Shown: positions 26,396 to 37,596, counted from the stretch's first letter. The stretch: DNA of 64,000 bases from Bacteroidia bacterium (GCA_965279035.1 OZ257142.1:448001-512000), one strand, 5' to 3'. Notes: generated from the sequence alone by a model not told the origin. Numbers and translations: made by a program.

Positions 26396-28249
26396 ATGAC
26401 CATTTTGCGAAAGCTGTTTCTTTTCCTTTTCATCTTTTCGGGAATTTCTATTCTTGCTCAACCCATAAAGGAAGGTGAAGGTCAACCTTCTACCGAAGAA
26501 CAATTAGCTGGACAGTTTTATACCGAAGGTGCTTGGCAAAAAGCTGCCGATTTGTATGAAAAGCTATATGATCAAGCTCCTGCTGGCTTTTATTATTCTC
26601 AATTAGTAAGTTGTTATTTGAATTTAAAAGACATCAAAGCAGCCGAAAAATTAGTCAATAAACAAATCCGCAAAAACCCAAAGCAGTTGACTTTTCTAAT
26701 TGATCTTGCCTATGTGTATCAGGTAAGTGGAGAAGTGGAGAAGTCGAAAAAGCAATACGAGCGAGCTGTAAAAGAACTCGATCCATCCGACGATAGACAG
26801 GTTACCGATCTAGCAAATGCCTTACAGCAAAGAAAGCAAACTGACTTAGCCATACGGGTGTATGAAGAATCTCGACAAGTGCCAAGAGCGTATAATTTCA
26901 ACATCGAATTAGCCAATCTGTATTCCCAAAAAGGAGAAACAGAGAAAATGCTCAGTCAGTACATCGATTTATTAAATTATTCTGGTGGAGAATACATCGA
27001 GCAAATTCAGGGTAGTTTACAAGATTTGATGGCATCGGACCCATCGGGCGATAAAACAGAAATGCTGCGCGAGCGTTTTTTAAGAGAAGTGCAAAAGAAT
27101 CCCGACAATCTTGTTTTTTCCGATTTGTTGATTTGGATGTTTGTACAAAAAAAGGATTTTGAATCGGCATTGATTCAGGCGAAGGCATTGGATAAACGAT
27201 TGAAAGAACGTGGAGAACGTGTATACAATTTAGCTCGAATTTGCATGAGCAACGACGCGTTTGAAACTGGCAAGAAAGCGTTTCAATACATCATTGAAAA
27301 AGGACCATCGTCTAATTTGTACATCATGGCAAAAAAGGAACTCTCCTTGGAAATGTATCGAAAACTGGCTTCTTCACCTTCTTATACGCCCGCCGAACTT
27401 CAAGAGCTAGAATCCTTATTAGAAAGCACACTCAACGAATTAGGAATTGGTGATCAATCCTACACAGTTGCTATTCGTTTAGCTCATCTGAAAGCGTTTT
27501 TCAAGAATCAACAAACGGAGGCCTTGAGCATTTTAGAACCGCTCATTTTGCCAAGCTCTGGACTTTCTGTAAGAAGCATTAACGAAGTGAAATTGGAGAT
27601 TGCCGATATACAACTGCTTCATGGCGATGTTTGGGAATCAACTTTAACGTATTCTCAAATCGAAAAATCGATGAAGACCGATACTTTGGGACAAGAAGCA
27701 AAGTATCGAAATGCTCGATTAGCGTATTATAAAGGTGAATTTGATTGGGCGAAAGCGCAGTTGGATGTGTTAAAGGCAGCTACATCCAAATTGATTGCGA
27801 ACGATGCTCTTGAATTAAGTTTGTTGATTGGCGATAATCTCGTTTTTGATACTACGGGCGAGGGTTTGAGGATGTTTTCACGTGCTGATTTATGGATTTA
27901 CCAAGGCAAACTCAACGAAGCGCTTTTAACACTCGATTCTTTGGAAGCAGCATTTCCCGCTAGTACTTTATCGGATGATATATTATATCGGAAAGCCACA
28001 ATTGCACTAAGACAAAATAAGTTTGTTGAAGCAGAAAAATTGCTCGACAAGATTGTAATAAGTTATCGAAAAGATATTTTGGCAGATAATGCGCTTTTTA
28101 AACTGGCAGAATTGAACGAGAAACAATTGGGAAATACTGCCAAAGCAATGGATTTGTATAAAGAATTGATGACCGATTTCCCCGGGTCATTGTTTGTTGT
28201 TGAAGCAAGAAAACGTTTTCGAAGTTTAAGAGGAGATACTGTGCAATAA
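26396..28249 (+). CDS. Exported tetratricopeptide repeat protein
   Basis: Signal peptide and multiple TPR-like helices, ending FPGSLFVVEARKRFR.LRGD. Confidence 0.8.
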   Translation: MTILRKLFLFLFIFSGISILAQPIKEGEGQPSTEEQLAGQFYTEGAWQKAADLYEKLYDQAPAGFYYSQLVSCYLNLKDIKAAEKLVNKQIRKNPKQLTFLIDLAYVYQVSGEVEKSKKQYERAVKELDPSDDRQVTDLANALQQRKQTDLAIRVYEESRQVPRAYNFNIELANLYSQKGETEKMLSQYIDLLNYSGGEYIEQIQGSLQDLMASDPSGDKTEMLRERFLREVQKNPDNLVFSDLLIWMFVQKKDFESALIQAKALDKRLKERGERVYNLARICMSNDAFETGKKAFQYIIEKGPSSNLYIMAKKELSLEMYRKLASSPSYTPAELQELESLLESTLNELGIGDQSYTVAIRLAHLKAFFKNQQTEALSILEPLILPSSGLSVRSINEVKLEIADIQLLHGDVWESTLTYSQIEKSMKTDTLGQEAKYRNARLAYYKGEFDWAKAQLDVLKAATSKLIANDALELSLLIGDNLVFDTTGEGLRMFSRADLWIYQGKLNEALLTLDSLEAAFPASTLSDDILYRKATIALRQNKFVEAEKLLDKIVISYRKDILADNALFKLAELNEKQLGNTAKAMDLYKELMTDFPGSLFVVEARKRFRSLRGDTVQ

Positions 28250-28281
28250 AAAAACGCGCATCCCCGAAAGAATACGCGTTT
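28250..28281. terminator. Probable bidirectional terminator between convergent genes
   Basis: aaacgcg/cgcgttt stem flanked by A and T runs. Confidence 0.55.
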
Positions 28282-28301
28282 CAAATCACAAACCATTTTT
28301 G

Positions 28302-29294
28302 TTAATGAGCTATAATAACCGCTCGGCAAAACCGAACTCCTTTATCATTAATAACTGAGTAAAAGTAGGTTCCAGCTTCTAAGTCTGCAACGCTAGTTTT
28401 CACGGTGTGTACCCCCGGATTTTGCACGCCTAAATCGAACGTTCTAACCAGTTGACCTTTGGGGTTCATTAACTGTACTTTATAATAAGCTGTTTCACTT
28501 AGCTGAAGGTCAATTTGCAGTTCTTCATTGGCAGGATTAGGCATTGCTAATGCTCTTACACCTTGAAATTGCTTACTTGTTTCTAAAATCGAATTGGATG
28601 GTTCTGGCTCAACAACTGGAAAAATTCCAATATTCACATCTAAAGCACCTTGGAAAACAGTGTTTGAAGTAAACCACATGATATCTCCAGCTACATTGGC
28701 TTCATGAAATGCGAAGTTGATACCGAATGCATTGCCTGGTACATCTGTAAAAAAGCCAACAATATCTCCAGCCGTTTTCACTTCCGATAAATCTACTGTA
28801 GCAACCATATTTCCAGGAACAGCAACTGGTGCATCAAAAGCAACATAATTTAAAGAGCCTAATGTGGTGTCGATTTCTTCGAAGAACAATGCTTTACTAG
28901 CCAAAACAACTAAAGAAGGACCATTGGTTGGTTCCAAAGAAACAGGTGATTGAATAATATTGAATGCTCCTGAAGTAGACATACTATGAAGCTTAAATGT
29001 GATTTTAGTATCAGGAACATTGTTTACTCCTTTTTGCTTTGCTCCTATAAAGCTCAAAATCCCAACAATATTAACGGGCGAATCATTCAAATACCCTTGT
29101 CCAATGCCAATGAAATTGTTGTTGGGGTCGTAATTCACACCAAATGCATAACCTCCTTGATACGTTGGAATTGTTACTTGATTGCCGGGAGAAAAATTTG
29201 GTGTATAACCAGTTGTTATTCCAAGTGTATCGCCTGGATCGGCAGATGCACACAGACTAAAAAAAGTTATAGCAAAAAGGAAAAAATGTTTCAT
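28302..29294 (-). CDS. T9SS type A sorting domain protein of unknown function
   Basis: Signal peptide; C-terminal MPNPANE...LMNPKGQLV...LEAGTYFYSV. Confidence 0.8.
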   Translation of the reverse strand: MKHFFLFAITFFSLCASADPGDTLGITTGYTPNFSPGNQVTIPTYQGGYAFGVNYDPNNNFIGIGQGYLNDSPVNIVGILSFIGAKQKGVNNVPDTKITFKLHSMSTSGAFNIIQSPVSLEPTNGPSLVVLASKALFFEEIDTTLGSLNYVAFDAPVAVPGNMVATVDLSEVKTAGDIVGFFTDVPGNAFGINFAFHEANVAGDIMWFTSNTVFQGALDVNIGIFPVVEPEPSNSILETSKQFQGVRALAMPNPANEELQIDLQLSETAYYKVQLMNPKGQLVRTFDLGVQNPGVHTVKTSVADLEAGTYFYSVINDKGVRFCRAVIIAH

Positions 29295-29422
29295 ACGTTT
29301 TATTTACTTGTGTTTGCTCAAAGATAACATCCATTAATCTCATAAAATACGCTTATATGATTGCCAAAATAAGAGCAAATGGAAGCATCAAAATACCTGA
29401 TTGGTTCCTGTATCTTTGCTGA

Positions 29423-29725
29423 ATGATACTTTATAATGTTACCGTTAACATTGACCCAGAACTTCATCAAGAATGGGTAAACTGGATGAAATCTACCCAT
29501 ATTCCAGAAGTTCTTAGTACGGGTTTATTTATAGAAAACCGGTTTTTTCGAGTATTAAATACCGAAGAAGGAGAAGGTTTTACCTACTCAGTACAGTATT
29601 TTCTCGATTCAATGGAAAACTATGAAGTGTATAAAGAGCTTCATGCACCGCGTTTGCAAGCCGACTTTGCCTCCCGATACAAAGATCGATTTGTTGCCTT
29701 TCGTACCTTACTTGAAACCGTCTGA
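29423..29725 (+). CDS. DUF4286 family protein
   Basis: MILYNVTVNID...WM...HIPEV...TYSVQY...FRTLLE; position upstream of rsmA is typical of Bacteroidota. Confidence 0.8.
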   Translation: MILYNVTVNIDPELHQEWVNWMKSTHIPEVLSTGLFIENRFFRVLNTEEGEGFTYSVQYFLDSMENYEVYKELHAPRLQADFASRYKDRFVAFRTLLETV

Positions 29726-30507
29726 TGGCTTTATTTCGAAAACCAGTTACTGCCAAAAAAGCTCTTGGACAACATTTTCTGAAAGACTTATCCATCGCTT
29801 CCCAAATTGCCGATAGTATTCCTCCACTTGATTTACCTCGTAAAGTAATAGAAGTTGGTCCCGGCATGGGTGTCTTGACTAATTTTCTGCTTCAAAAAAA
29901 TTTCGATTTACGCGTTGTAGAAATTGACCGAGAGTCAGTTGCTTACTTAAAAGCGAATGTGCCTGCTTTGGAAGGGCGAATTATAGAAGGTGATTTCCTT
30001 CGGATGAAATTGGATCAGTACCTTGATCAAAATGGAGCTGTGATTGGTAATTTTCCTTACAATATTTCCTCTCAGATTTTGTTTCAATGCCTCGATCAAA
30101 AGGAAAACGTTCAAACAATCGTGGGCATGTTTCAAAAAGAAGTAGCCGAACGAGTGGCTGCTAAACATGGCAATAAAACCTACGGAATTCTGAGTGTTCT
30201 TCTACAAACGTATTTCGAATGTGAGTATTTATTTACCGTTCACGAACATGTTTTTTCCCCTCCTCCCAAAGTGAAGTCAGCTGTTATTCGTCTCACTCGG
30301 AAAGAAAATGTAGTTCTTCCAGTTCCTTATGAATTCTTGCGAAATGTGGTAAAAACAGGCTTCAACCAACGACGCAAAACATTAAGAAACGCACTTAAGC
30401 CAATCATCTCCGGACGCGAATTTCAACATCCCTTTTTAGATCTTCGTGCCGAACAACTCAGCATTCAAGATTTTGCAGATCTTTCCGTTGCATTAATCAA
30501 CCTATGA
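29725..30507 (+). CDS. rsmA: 16S rRNA m6(2)A1518/1519 dimethyltransferase
   Basis: KKALGQHFL, EVGPGMG, GNFPYNISS, MFQKEVAER and F.PPPKV.S. Confidence 0.96.
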   Translation: MALFRKPVTAKKALGQHFLKDLSIASQIADSIPPLDLPRKVIEVGPGMGVLTNFLLQKNFDLRVVEIDRESVAYLKANVPALEGRIIEGDFLRMKLDQYLDQNGAVIGNFPYNISSQILFQCLDQKENVQTIVGMFQKEVAERVAAKHGNKTYGILSVLLQTYFECEYLFTVHEHVFSPPPKVKSAVIRLTRKENVVLPVPYEFLRNVVKTGFNQRRKTLRNALKPIISGREFQHPFLDLRAEQLSIQDFADLSVALINL

Positions 30508-32144
30508 TTAACCGAAGTAACATAAGGCTCATTATCGGGTTAATGATTCTCGCACTTAGCGGACTCATCATCATTCAAATTTATTGGATCAACAATGCAA
30601 TCGACTTAGAACGCCAACGCTTCGAATCGACTGTCAATCAAGCTTTACAAAATGTTGTTGAGATGGTTGAGCGACAAGAAGTGGCTAATAAAGTCCGTAC
30701 CCGTTTTGATGCCTCCAAACAAGGCAAAATGTTTTTTCTGGGAATTGATTCTCTCATCCGCAAAAGCATCGATCGGAAAGACACCACCACATCAGGTTTG
30801 GTATTTTGGAATGAAGTCAGCCCGGGAGAATTACAAACAGAATTCCGCCAATTAAATCAAGATGGTAGCATTGAATATGTTGGTGAAACTCGCAGCGATT
30901 CGGGTGGACAAGTTGAGTATAAAAAATTACGTAAAGCACGTCAATCGAGTGATGCCTCGTCGTTTGGGGAAATAAGTTCTGATCTAAATCATTTACAACG
31001 CCGAAAAGACCCTCGTTTAGAGCGTTTGATGAAAAAAAGCGGTTTAGTTACCGACATTTTCGAAGAACTATTCGATCTCAATGTGAACAGTGGCGTAGAA
31101 GATCGGATAGATCCCATATTAATTGATTCTTTACTGAAAGTGGAATTGAAGTCGGCTGGATTAAATACGCCGTTTGAATTTGGATTGTACGATTTCATCA
31201 ACAATAAAATGTTTGTGGATCACCCAACCGATTACACCGAACAGCTTATGAAAACGCGATTTCGGGTGCGTCTATTTCCACATGATATTTTTTATCATCC
31301 CGATTATTTGATGATTTATTTCCCCGACCAAAATCGCTATGTGTTTAATAATCTTTGGGTGATGTTTGCGTCATCGGGCTTTTTCATTTTGATCATTATT
31401 GCCACCTTTTTCTATACCATCAGCACCATCATTCGTCAAAAGAATTTGTCGGACATAAAAAACGACTTCATCAACAACATGACACACGAGTTGAAAACGC
31501 CAATTTCAACGATATCGCTTGCATGTGAAGCATTGAATGATCCGGATGTGAACCGATCGGCAAGTATGGCTGGCAATTATACTCGGATGATTCAAGAAGA
31601 AAATAAGCGTTTGGCTCAATTGGTTGAAAACGTTCTTCAAAGTGCATTGCTCGACAAATCAGATTTTGAGCTTCAACTTACTGATGTTGATATGCATGCA
31701 GTAATTCAAAAAGTGCTGCGCAGTTTCGAAATGCATTTGAACCGACGAAAAGTGAAATTGGAACTAAGGCTGAATGCATTAAGTCCTGTTGTTGAAGGAG
31801 ATGTTGTTCATTTAACCAATGTGATTTTCAATTTGCTCGATAATGCCATCAAATACACCCCTGACATTCCAGAAATTCAAATAGAAACTAGTAATGTTGG
31901 TGAAACGTTTTGTTTTGCAATAAGCGACAATGGAATTGGAATTTCGCGGGATGAACAAAAACGGGTGTTCGAAAAATTGTATCGTGTTCCAACAGGAAAT
32001 ATTCACAATGTTAAAGGCTTTGGTTTAGGATTGAGCTATGTTCAAATCATTGTAGAAAAGCATCATGGCCACATCCGAGTTGAAAGTGAAGTTGGAATGG
32101 GAAGTACATTTACTCTGTTACTTCCTAAAAAACAGAAAACCTAA
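30504..32144 (+). CDS. Sensor histidine kinase (RprX-like)
   Basis: Two TM segments; H-box FINNMTHELKTP; N-box NLLDNAIKY; G-boxes DNGIG and GFGLGL. Confidence 0.92.
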   Translation: MINRSNIRLIIGLMILALSGLIIIQIYWINNAIDLERQRFESTVNQALQNVVEMVERQEVANKVRTRFDASKQGKMFFLGIDSLIRKSIDRKDTTTSGLVFWNEVSPGELQTEFRQLNQDGSIEYVGETRSDSGGQVEYKKLRKARQSSDASSFGEISSDLNHLQRRKDPRLERLMKKSGLVTDIFEELFDLNVNSGVEDRIDPILIDSLLKVELKSAGLNTPFEFGLYDFINNKMFVDHPTDYTEQLMKTRFRVRLFPHDIFYHPDYLMIYFPDQNRYVFNNLWVMFASSGFFILIIIATFFYTISTIIRQKNLSDIKNDFINNMTHELKTPISTISLACEALNDPDVNRSASMAGNYTRMIQEENKRLAQLVENVLQSALLDKSDFELQLTDVDMHAVIQKVLRSFEMHLNRRKVKLELRLNALSPVVEGDVVHLTNVIFNLLDNAIKYTPDIPEIQIETSNVGETFCFAISDNGIGISRDEQKRVFEKLYRVPTGNIHNVKGFGLGLSYVQIIVEKHHGHIRVESEVGMGSTFTLLLPKKQKT

Positions 32145-32230
32145 TTTCTTTAATTTTATAAGGAAGCGACATTCAGTCAGTCGATTTTCCTTGCACGGTC
32201 TTTGAGGAAAAAATCGACATACAACATCTT

Positions 32231-32926
32231 ATGAAAATTCTCCTTGCCGAAGACGATCCGAATCTGGGTTCTATCATTCGTGAATATTTAGAAGCCAAAG
32301 GATATCACACCGAATTATGCTCCAATGGCGAAGAGGCATTTAAGTTTTTCCTAAAAGAAAAATGGAATCTCTGCATTTTTGATGTGATGATGCCTCAAAT
32401 GGATGGATTCACACTAGCACGCGAAATCCGAAATCACAACAAAGAAATTCCCATTATATTCCTCACCGCTAAATCGATGAAGGACGATACCATCGAAGGT
32501 TTTAAAGCTGGAGGTGATGATTATATGACTAAGCCATTCAGTATGGAAGAGCTCTTGCTTCGAATAAAAGCAATTCTCAAACGTACCGAACGCGTAGTGG
32601 ATGATGGTCCGATTCAGGAATTCATCATTGGAAAATACAGTTTCAATCCAACACATCAGCAATTAACATTAGGAGATCACATTCAGAAACTCACTTCGCG
32701 AGAATCCGATTTGCTCAAGCTCTTGTGTATGAATTTGAACGACACCTTAGAGCGAAACTTTGCCCTTCGTGCAATTTGGAATGATGATAATTACTTCAAT
32801 GCTCGAAGCATGGATGTTTACATTGCTCGTTTGCGTAAATACCTCACGGGTGATCCTGCACTTGAAATCATCAATGTTCACGGAAAAGGATTTAAGCTGG
32901 TAGATGGACATACACCATCATCCTAG
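32231..32926 (+). CDS. OmpR-family response regulator (RprY-like)
   Basis: LAEDD, DVMMP.MDGF, KPF, and winged-helix motif RSMDVYI.RLRK...VHGKGFKL. Confidence 0.93.
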   Translation: MKILLAEDDPNLGSIIREYLEAKGYHTELCSNGEEAFKFFLKEKWNLCIFDVMMPQMDGFTLAREIRNHNKEIPIIFLTAKSMKDDTIEGFKAGGDDYMTKPFSMEELLLRIKAILKRTERVVDDGPIQEFIIGKYSFNPTHQQLTLGDHIQKLTSRESDLLKLLCMNLNDTLERNFALRAIWNDDNYFNARSMDVYIARLRKYLTGDPALEIINVHGKGFKLVDGHTPSS

Positions 32927-32932
32927 TTAAGC

Positions 32933-34204
32933 TTACATTTTGAAGTTTGCCAGCTTTTTATAGTTGCGCAAAATGGGAATCATCCAAAAGCCAACAAACA
33001 CGGCACATACCGCAAACGCATATACAATTTGATCGTTTCGATTGAAAAATGGGAGGGCGAAAAGAGAGCTGATTCCCGCTCGAAACAAGATGTTTACCGT
33101 TTGAAAAACGCTGCTTACCCGACCAATCGATTGATTTGGCACATGCTGAAACAACCAAGTTGTTCGTAATACGCGTGTTCCAGCATTGGTAATTCCGACC
33201 AATAAGCAAAGGATAGAAAACAATAGTAAATTAGAACTGCTCGCAAATAGCGCATAAATTAGCACTGTAATGCCCATCATTACTGTAATTCCGAGTATAA
33301 AACCAGATTTTCGGAAAGTCCAAACCATAAATACACCGGCGAGCATAGCGCCTATCGAGTACATAACTTCCGCAAACGCATAGGTACCAGCGCCTGAATG
33401 TAAATGCTGATCAATGTATTGAGGTAGCAATTGCTGAAACGTCACCAGCAATACAACGAAGATGGCGTAAGAGGCATTTCCAAACTGAAATATCAGTGGA
33501 TTGTCTTTCAGGAATTTCATTCCCGTGCGAATTCGATCGAGTGCCGAACCCGCTTCTTGATGACGAATAGCAATCGCTTCGTAGCGAATCATAGCAATTA
33601 GAAAAAAACCAATGAGGTATGTGATTGCATCCGTCAGGAAAACCTCTTGTAAAGTCCAAGGGTTAATTTCAAAAGGAAAATTGACCGTTAAGCCAGCAAA
33701 ATGGTGTTCTCCCTCTGAAACACCTGATAGCAAAAGCGCCGCAGCAGAACCAGATAAAATACTCGTCGATTGTCCAATGATTTCTGTCCAGGAAGTGAAT
33801 CGGCCGTAATACTGCTTCTCTGTGATTTCTTGTCCGAAAGCATACAAGGCTGGATAATGTATGTTGTACACGAGGATTGTTCCGGCAAATACGAGCATCG
33901 CTCCCCAAGCTGGCACAGAGCCTTGATAAAAACCAATAGCTGAAACCGAACCCAGCAATAGCAGGCCAAATGCATTGACAGCCATAAATACATGTCGTCG
34001 GGAAAAACGGTCGATTAGAGAGCCGGCATACAAGCCCCAAAACAACATGATGAATGTGGTGGCGGCATACATCATCCCGAATAGTTCGGGTTTACCTAGA
34101 ATTTTACTGAAGTACCAAGGAATAGCTAACATGCATATTCCCTGCGACAGGCCCGATACAGCATTGGCAATAAATAGCAAGCGATAAGCTCGAACGTTCT
34201 TCAC
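32933..34204 (-). CDS. MFS transporter
   Basis: About 12 hydrophobic segments and motif A GSLIDRFSRR. Start set at GTG 34204, 4 nt after TATCTTTG. Confidence 0.85.
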   Translation of the reverse strand: MKNVRAYRLLFIANAVSGLSQGICMLAIPWYFSKILGKPELFGMMYAATTFIMLFWGLYAGSLIDRFSRRHVFMAVNAFGLLLLGSVSAIGFYQGSVPAWGAMLVFAGTILVYNIHYPALYAFGQEITEKQYYGRFTSWTEIIGQSTSILSGSAAALLLSGVSEGEHHFAGLTVNFPFEINPWTLQEVFLTDAITYLIGFFLIAMIRYEAIAIRHQEAGSALDRIRTGMKFLKDNPLIFQFGNASYAIFVVLLVTFQQLLPQYIDQHLHSGAGTYAFAEVMYSIGAMLAGVFMVWTFRKSGFILGITVMMGITVLIYALFASSSNLLLFSILCLLVGITNAGTRVLRTTWLFQHVPNQSIGRVSSVFQTVNILFRAGISSLFALPFFNRNDQIVYAFAVCAVFVGFWMIPILRNYKKLANFKM

Positions 34205-34352
34205 GGAGCAAAGATAGAAAGGCGATTTTGGGTATTTAGATGGGTGCAAAATCTTTCATTCACAATGCCTGTGAAATAAATGGAGCTTATTACCTAACGG
34301 TAGCACCTATATTCCATCTATCTTGTTTTCGAAATAAATCGGAGAGATTCGC

Positions 34353-35729
34353 ATGAGTGCACATAAAAAATTATCGCTGTTCGACAGCTCAACCATCATC
34401 ATGGGTTCGATGATTGGCTCGGGAATATTTATCGTAAGTGCTGATATCGCTCGCCAAGTGAATTCAGGAGCTTTGGTATTACTCGCTTGGGTGATGACAG
34501 CCGTAATTACCTTGATGGCAGCACTCACGTATGGTGAATTAGCCGCGATGTTTCCTCAAGCTGGAGGACAATATGTTTACCTGCGTGAAGCATACGGGAA
34601 ACGAACAGCATTTACATACGGTTGGTCGCTATTTGCTGTCATACAAACGGGGACAATAGCAGCAGTAGGAGTTGCATTTGCCAAGTTTAGCGGTGTGTTT
34701 TTCGATGGAATAAGTGCGAAGAATATCTTGCTCGATTTGGGATTTCTAACCGTTAGCACGCAGCAAATGACCGCCATTTTGGTGATTGTTTTCCTTTCCT
34801 TGTTGAATCTTCGGGATGTGAAAAACTCAGCCATCATTCAAAATTTCTTCACGGTTGCGAAGATTGTCGCCTTGTTGGGAGTTGTGGCTGTAGGAATTTA
34901 CTTCGCTGGTCAGGGAAAAGGAAACTGGCAAAATATGGAACCCGTTTGGCCCGAGAACATGGGCTTGGGAACAATTGGGATATTCTTGGCTGCATTAACT
35001 GGAAGTTTGTTTTCGGCAGATGCTTGGAATAATATCACGTTTACAGCTGGTGAAATCAAGAATCCAGGAAAGAATCTACCGCTGTCTCTTGCTATCGGGA
35101 CAGGCATTGTATTACTGATTTACATTTTGGTGAATGTGATTTATTTGTACATGATGCCCCTGGCGGATATTCAACATGCACCCGAAGATCGCGTTGGGAC
35201 AGCCTTGATGAATTCCATGTTGGGTAGTAATGGACAGTTTGTGATGGCCGCTATCATTATGGTTTCGACGTTTGGGTGTTTAAACGGATTGATATTTACT
35301 GCACCACGAGCATATTATGCAATGGCGAAAGATGGATTGTTTCTGAAACGCGCCACACAACTGAATAAACATGGTGTTCCGGCATTTGCGATATTGATAC
35401 AATTGGTTTGGAGCAGTGCTTTATGCCTTTCAGGAAAGTATGGTGATTTACTGGACTATTTGATGTTTGTGGTGATGTTGTTTTACATTTTAACGGTAGG
35501 AGCTGTATTTATTCTGCGACGAAAAATGCCTGATGCGCCTCGTCCTTACAAAGCTTTTGGCTATCCGATTATTCCCATTTTATATATCCTATTAGCGACT
35601 TGCATTTGTGGTGTGATGCTGTATTACAAAACCACTTTCGCTTTGTATGGATTGGCAATCGTAGGCCTTGGAATTATTGTTTATCAGTTTAGCTCTAAGA
35701 AAGAAATCGAAGACACTACAGCTCAATAA
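34353..35729 (+). CDS. APC family amino acid permease
   Basis: GSMIGSGIF, YGELAAMFP.AGGQY.YL, GEIKNP and RPYKAFGYP. Confidence 0.92.
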   Translation: MSAHKKLSLFDSSTIIMGSMIGSGIFIVSADIARQVNSGALVLLAWVMTAVITLMAALTYGELAAMFPQAGGQYVYLREAYGKRTAFTYGWSLFAVIQTGTIAAVGVAFAKFSGVFFDGISAKNILLDLGFLTVSTQQMTAILVIVFLSLLNLRDVKNSAIIQNFFTVAKIVALLGVVAVGIYFAGQGKGNWQNMEPVWPENMGLGTIGIFLAALTGSLFSADAWNNITFTAGEIKNPGKNLPLSLAIGTGIVLLIYILVNVIYLYMMPLADIQHAPEDRVGTALMNSMLGSNGQFVMAAIIMVSTFGCLNGLIFTAPRAYYAMAKDGLFLKRATQLNKHGVPAFAILIQLVWSSALCLSGKYGDLLDYLMFVVMLFYILTVGAVFILRRKMPDAPRPYKAFGYPIIPILYILLATCICGVMLYYKTTFALYGLAIVGLGIIVYQFSSKKEIEDTTAQ

Positions 35730-35730
35730 A

Positions 35731-36198
35731 ATGCCTGTAATTTTTACCGTTACCGAAGCTGTTGAGAAAATGAAAAAGTTCTGTGCTTATCAGGAGCGCA
35801 GTCAGCTAGAGGTGCGACAGAAATTGTATCAAAGCTCCATCAAGGGCGAAGAAGCCGAATTTGTGATAGGTGAATTGATTCGGGAGAATTTCCTCAATGA
35901 AGAACGCTTTGCCCGTGCATTTGCCCGCGGAAAATTCAGAATGAAGCAATGGGGAAAGATTCGCATTCGGATGGAGTTGCAACACAAAGGTGTATCGGAA
36001 CCCTGCATTCGAAAAGGCTTGTCGGAAATCAGCGATCGCGATTATCGTAAAACAGCCGAAGTGGTTTTAAAGAAACTTTCGGGCGGAATTATTCCAGATT
36101 CGAAAAAAGAAGCGTGGAAACTCCTGAGTAAAATGCGTTCAAAAGGCTTCGAACCTGAATTGCTTCAGTCAATCATGAAAGACTTCTCCGACGAATAA
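35731..36198 (+). CDS. recX: Regulatory protein RecX
   Basis: FCAYQERS..EV, FLNEERFA..F.RGK, WGK.RI and KGFE. Start reassigned to ATG 35731. Confidence 0.88.
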   Translation: MPVIFTVTEAVEKMKKFCAYQERSQLEVRQKLYQSSIKGEEAEFVIGELIRENFLNEERFARAFARGKFRMKQWGKIRIRMELQHKGVSEPCIRKGLSEISDRDYRKTAEVVLKKLSGGIIPDSKKEAWKLLSKMRSKGFEPELLQSIMKDFSDE

Positions 36199-36216
36199 TT
36201 GAGGAGAGAATCGGAC

Positions 36217-37596
36217 TTAGTTACCCGGAAGATTCGAAAGCAAATCTGGGAAGATCCCTAACAAGAGCGTAAGAATAACTCCCAATGCCAGCACGAAATT
36301 GAAGGTCCAGCTGGTTTGAATACGATCCATTGGTTGTCCATCGTTGTTGAATGCAAAAATCACCGGGCGGAAATAGTAGTAAATACCAATTAGTGAACCT
36401 GCAATAGCAATGATGACAGCAATGTTGAGGTTACTTTCCATAGCTGTTAGGAAAACAAAATATTTCCCGAAGAAACCAGCTAATGGTGGAATTCCTGCCA
36501 AGGAGAACATGGAAACAACAAGAGCTAAGGTCATCATCGGATTGTTCTTAGCCAAGCCTTTATAGTTATCTACCGGCATTTCGTTGTTAAACTGACTAAT
36601 CGCGATAAGCACACCGAATGCAGTTACAGAAGCTACTGAATAAGCAGCAGTGTAATAGAAAATCGAAGAAGAAGAAAGCTCATTCAAAGCTAAAACAGGC
36701 AATAATAAATATCCTGCATGAGCAACTGAAGACCAAGCGAGCATACGTTTCGCTTCGCTTTGCATAACAGCTGAAATGTTCCCAAGTAAAATGGTCGCAA
36801 CAGCAATCACCCAAAGGATATTGTACCACACACCATCAATTCCACTGAAACAGGTGTCGAACAAACGATAGAATGCAGCAATACCAGCAGTTTTAACCAC
36901 AGTTGCCATGAACGCTGTGATGAGTGTTGGAGCTCCTTGATACACATCTGGAGTCCAGAAATGGAATGGAACAGCACCAATTTTAAAGGCGAAACCAATT
37001 AGAATTAAAACAACTCCTGTGTTGAAAATCAAAGGAAGGTCATCTGTTCCATTAGCGTAATCAGAGATAGCAGCTAAATCGAAACTTCCGGTAACGCCAT
37101 ACATCAAGGTTATTCCAAATAATAAGAATCCGGATGCAAAAGCTCCCATGAGGAAGTATTTCAAGGATGCTTCGTTTGAGGCAAGATTCAATCGACGACT
37201 TCCAGCCAAGATATACAAGGCAATGGAAAGGATTTCGATACCTACGAATAGCATGACCAGACTTGAATAAGAAGTCATGACTAAAGCACCTACCAGCACA
37301 AAAATCATCAAGGCGTAGATGTCGGCCACATGGCTGTCTTCGTTACGAAAGTGATAGCTAGCAATAAGCAGAATCAGGATGAGTGTTACGATCATCAATC
37401 CGGTAAAAGAAACCGCATAGTTATCGTACAGCATCATGTTATACCAAAGGTGATTGGTTCCCCAATCGAGCGCATTGGTAATAAATGCTGCTACCAAGCC
37501 TAAAATGGCTACAGGCAGAAGCAATTTTTTCTGATGAAAGGCTCCAAGAAATAGAACGATGAAGCCAAGAAGCGACAGGAGTACCAGTGTAGACAT
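36217..37596 (-). CDS. nuoN: NADH-quinone oxidoreductase subunit N
   Basis: EASLKYFLMG, FKIGAVPFHFWTPDVYQGAP and SLAGIPPLAGF. Confidence 0.95.
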   Translation of the reverse strand: MSTLVLLSLLGFIVLFLGAFHQKKLLLPVAILGLVAAFITNALDWGTNHLWYNMMLYDNYAVSFTGLMIVTLILILLIASYHFRNEDSHVADIYALMIFVLVGALVMTSYSSLVMLFVGIEILSIALYILAGSRRLNLASNEASLKYFLMGAFASGFLLFGITLMYGVTGSFDLAAISDYANGTDDLPLIFNTGVVLILIGFAFKIGAVPFHFWTPDVYQGAPTLITAFMATVVKTAGIAAFYRLFDTCFSGIDGVWYNILWVIAVATILLGNISAVMQSEAKRMLAWSSVAHAGYLLLPVLALNELSSSSIFYYTAAYSVASVTAFGVLIAISQFNNEMPVDNYKGLAKNNPMMTLALVVSMFSLAGIPPLAGFFGKYFVFLTAMESNLNIAVIIAIAGSLIGIYYYFRPVIFAFNNDGQPMDRIQTSWTFNFVLALGVILTLLLGIFPDLLSNLPGN

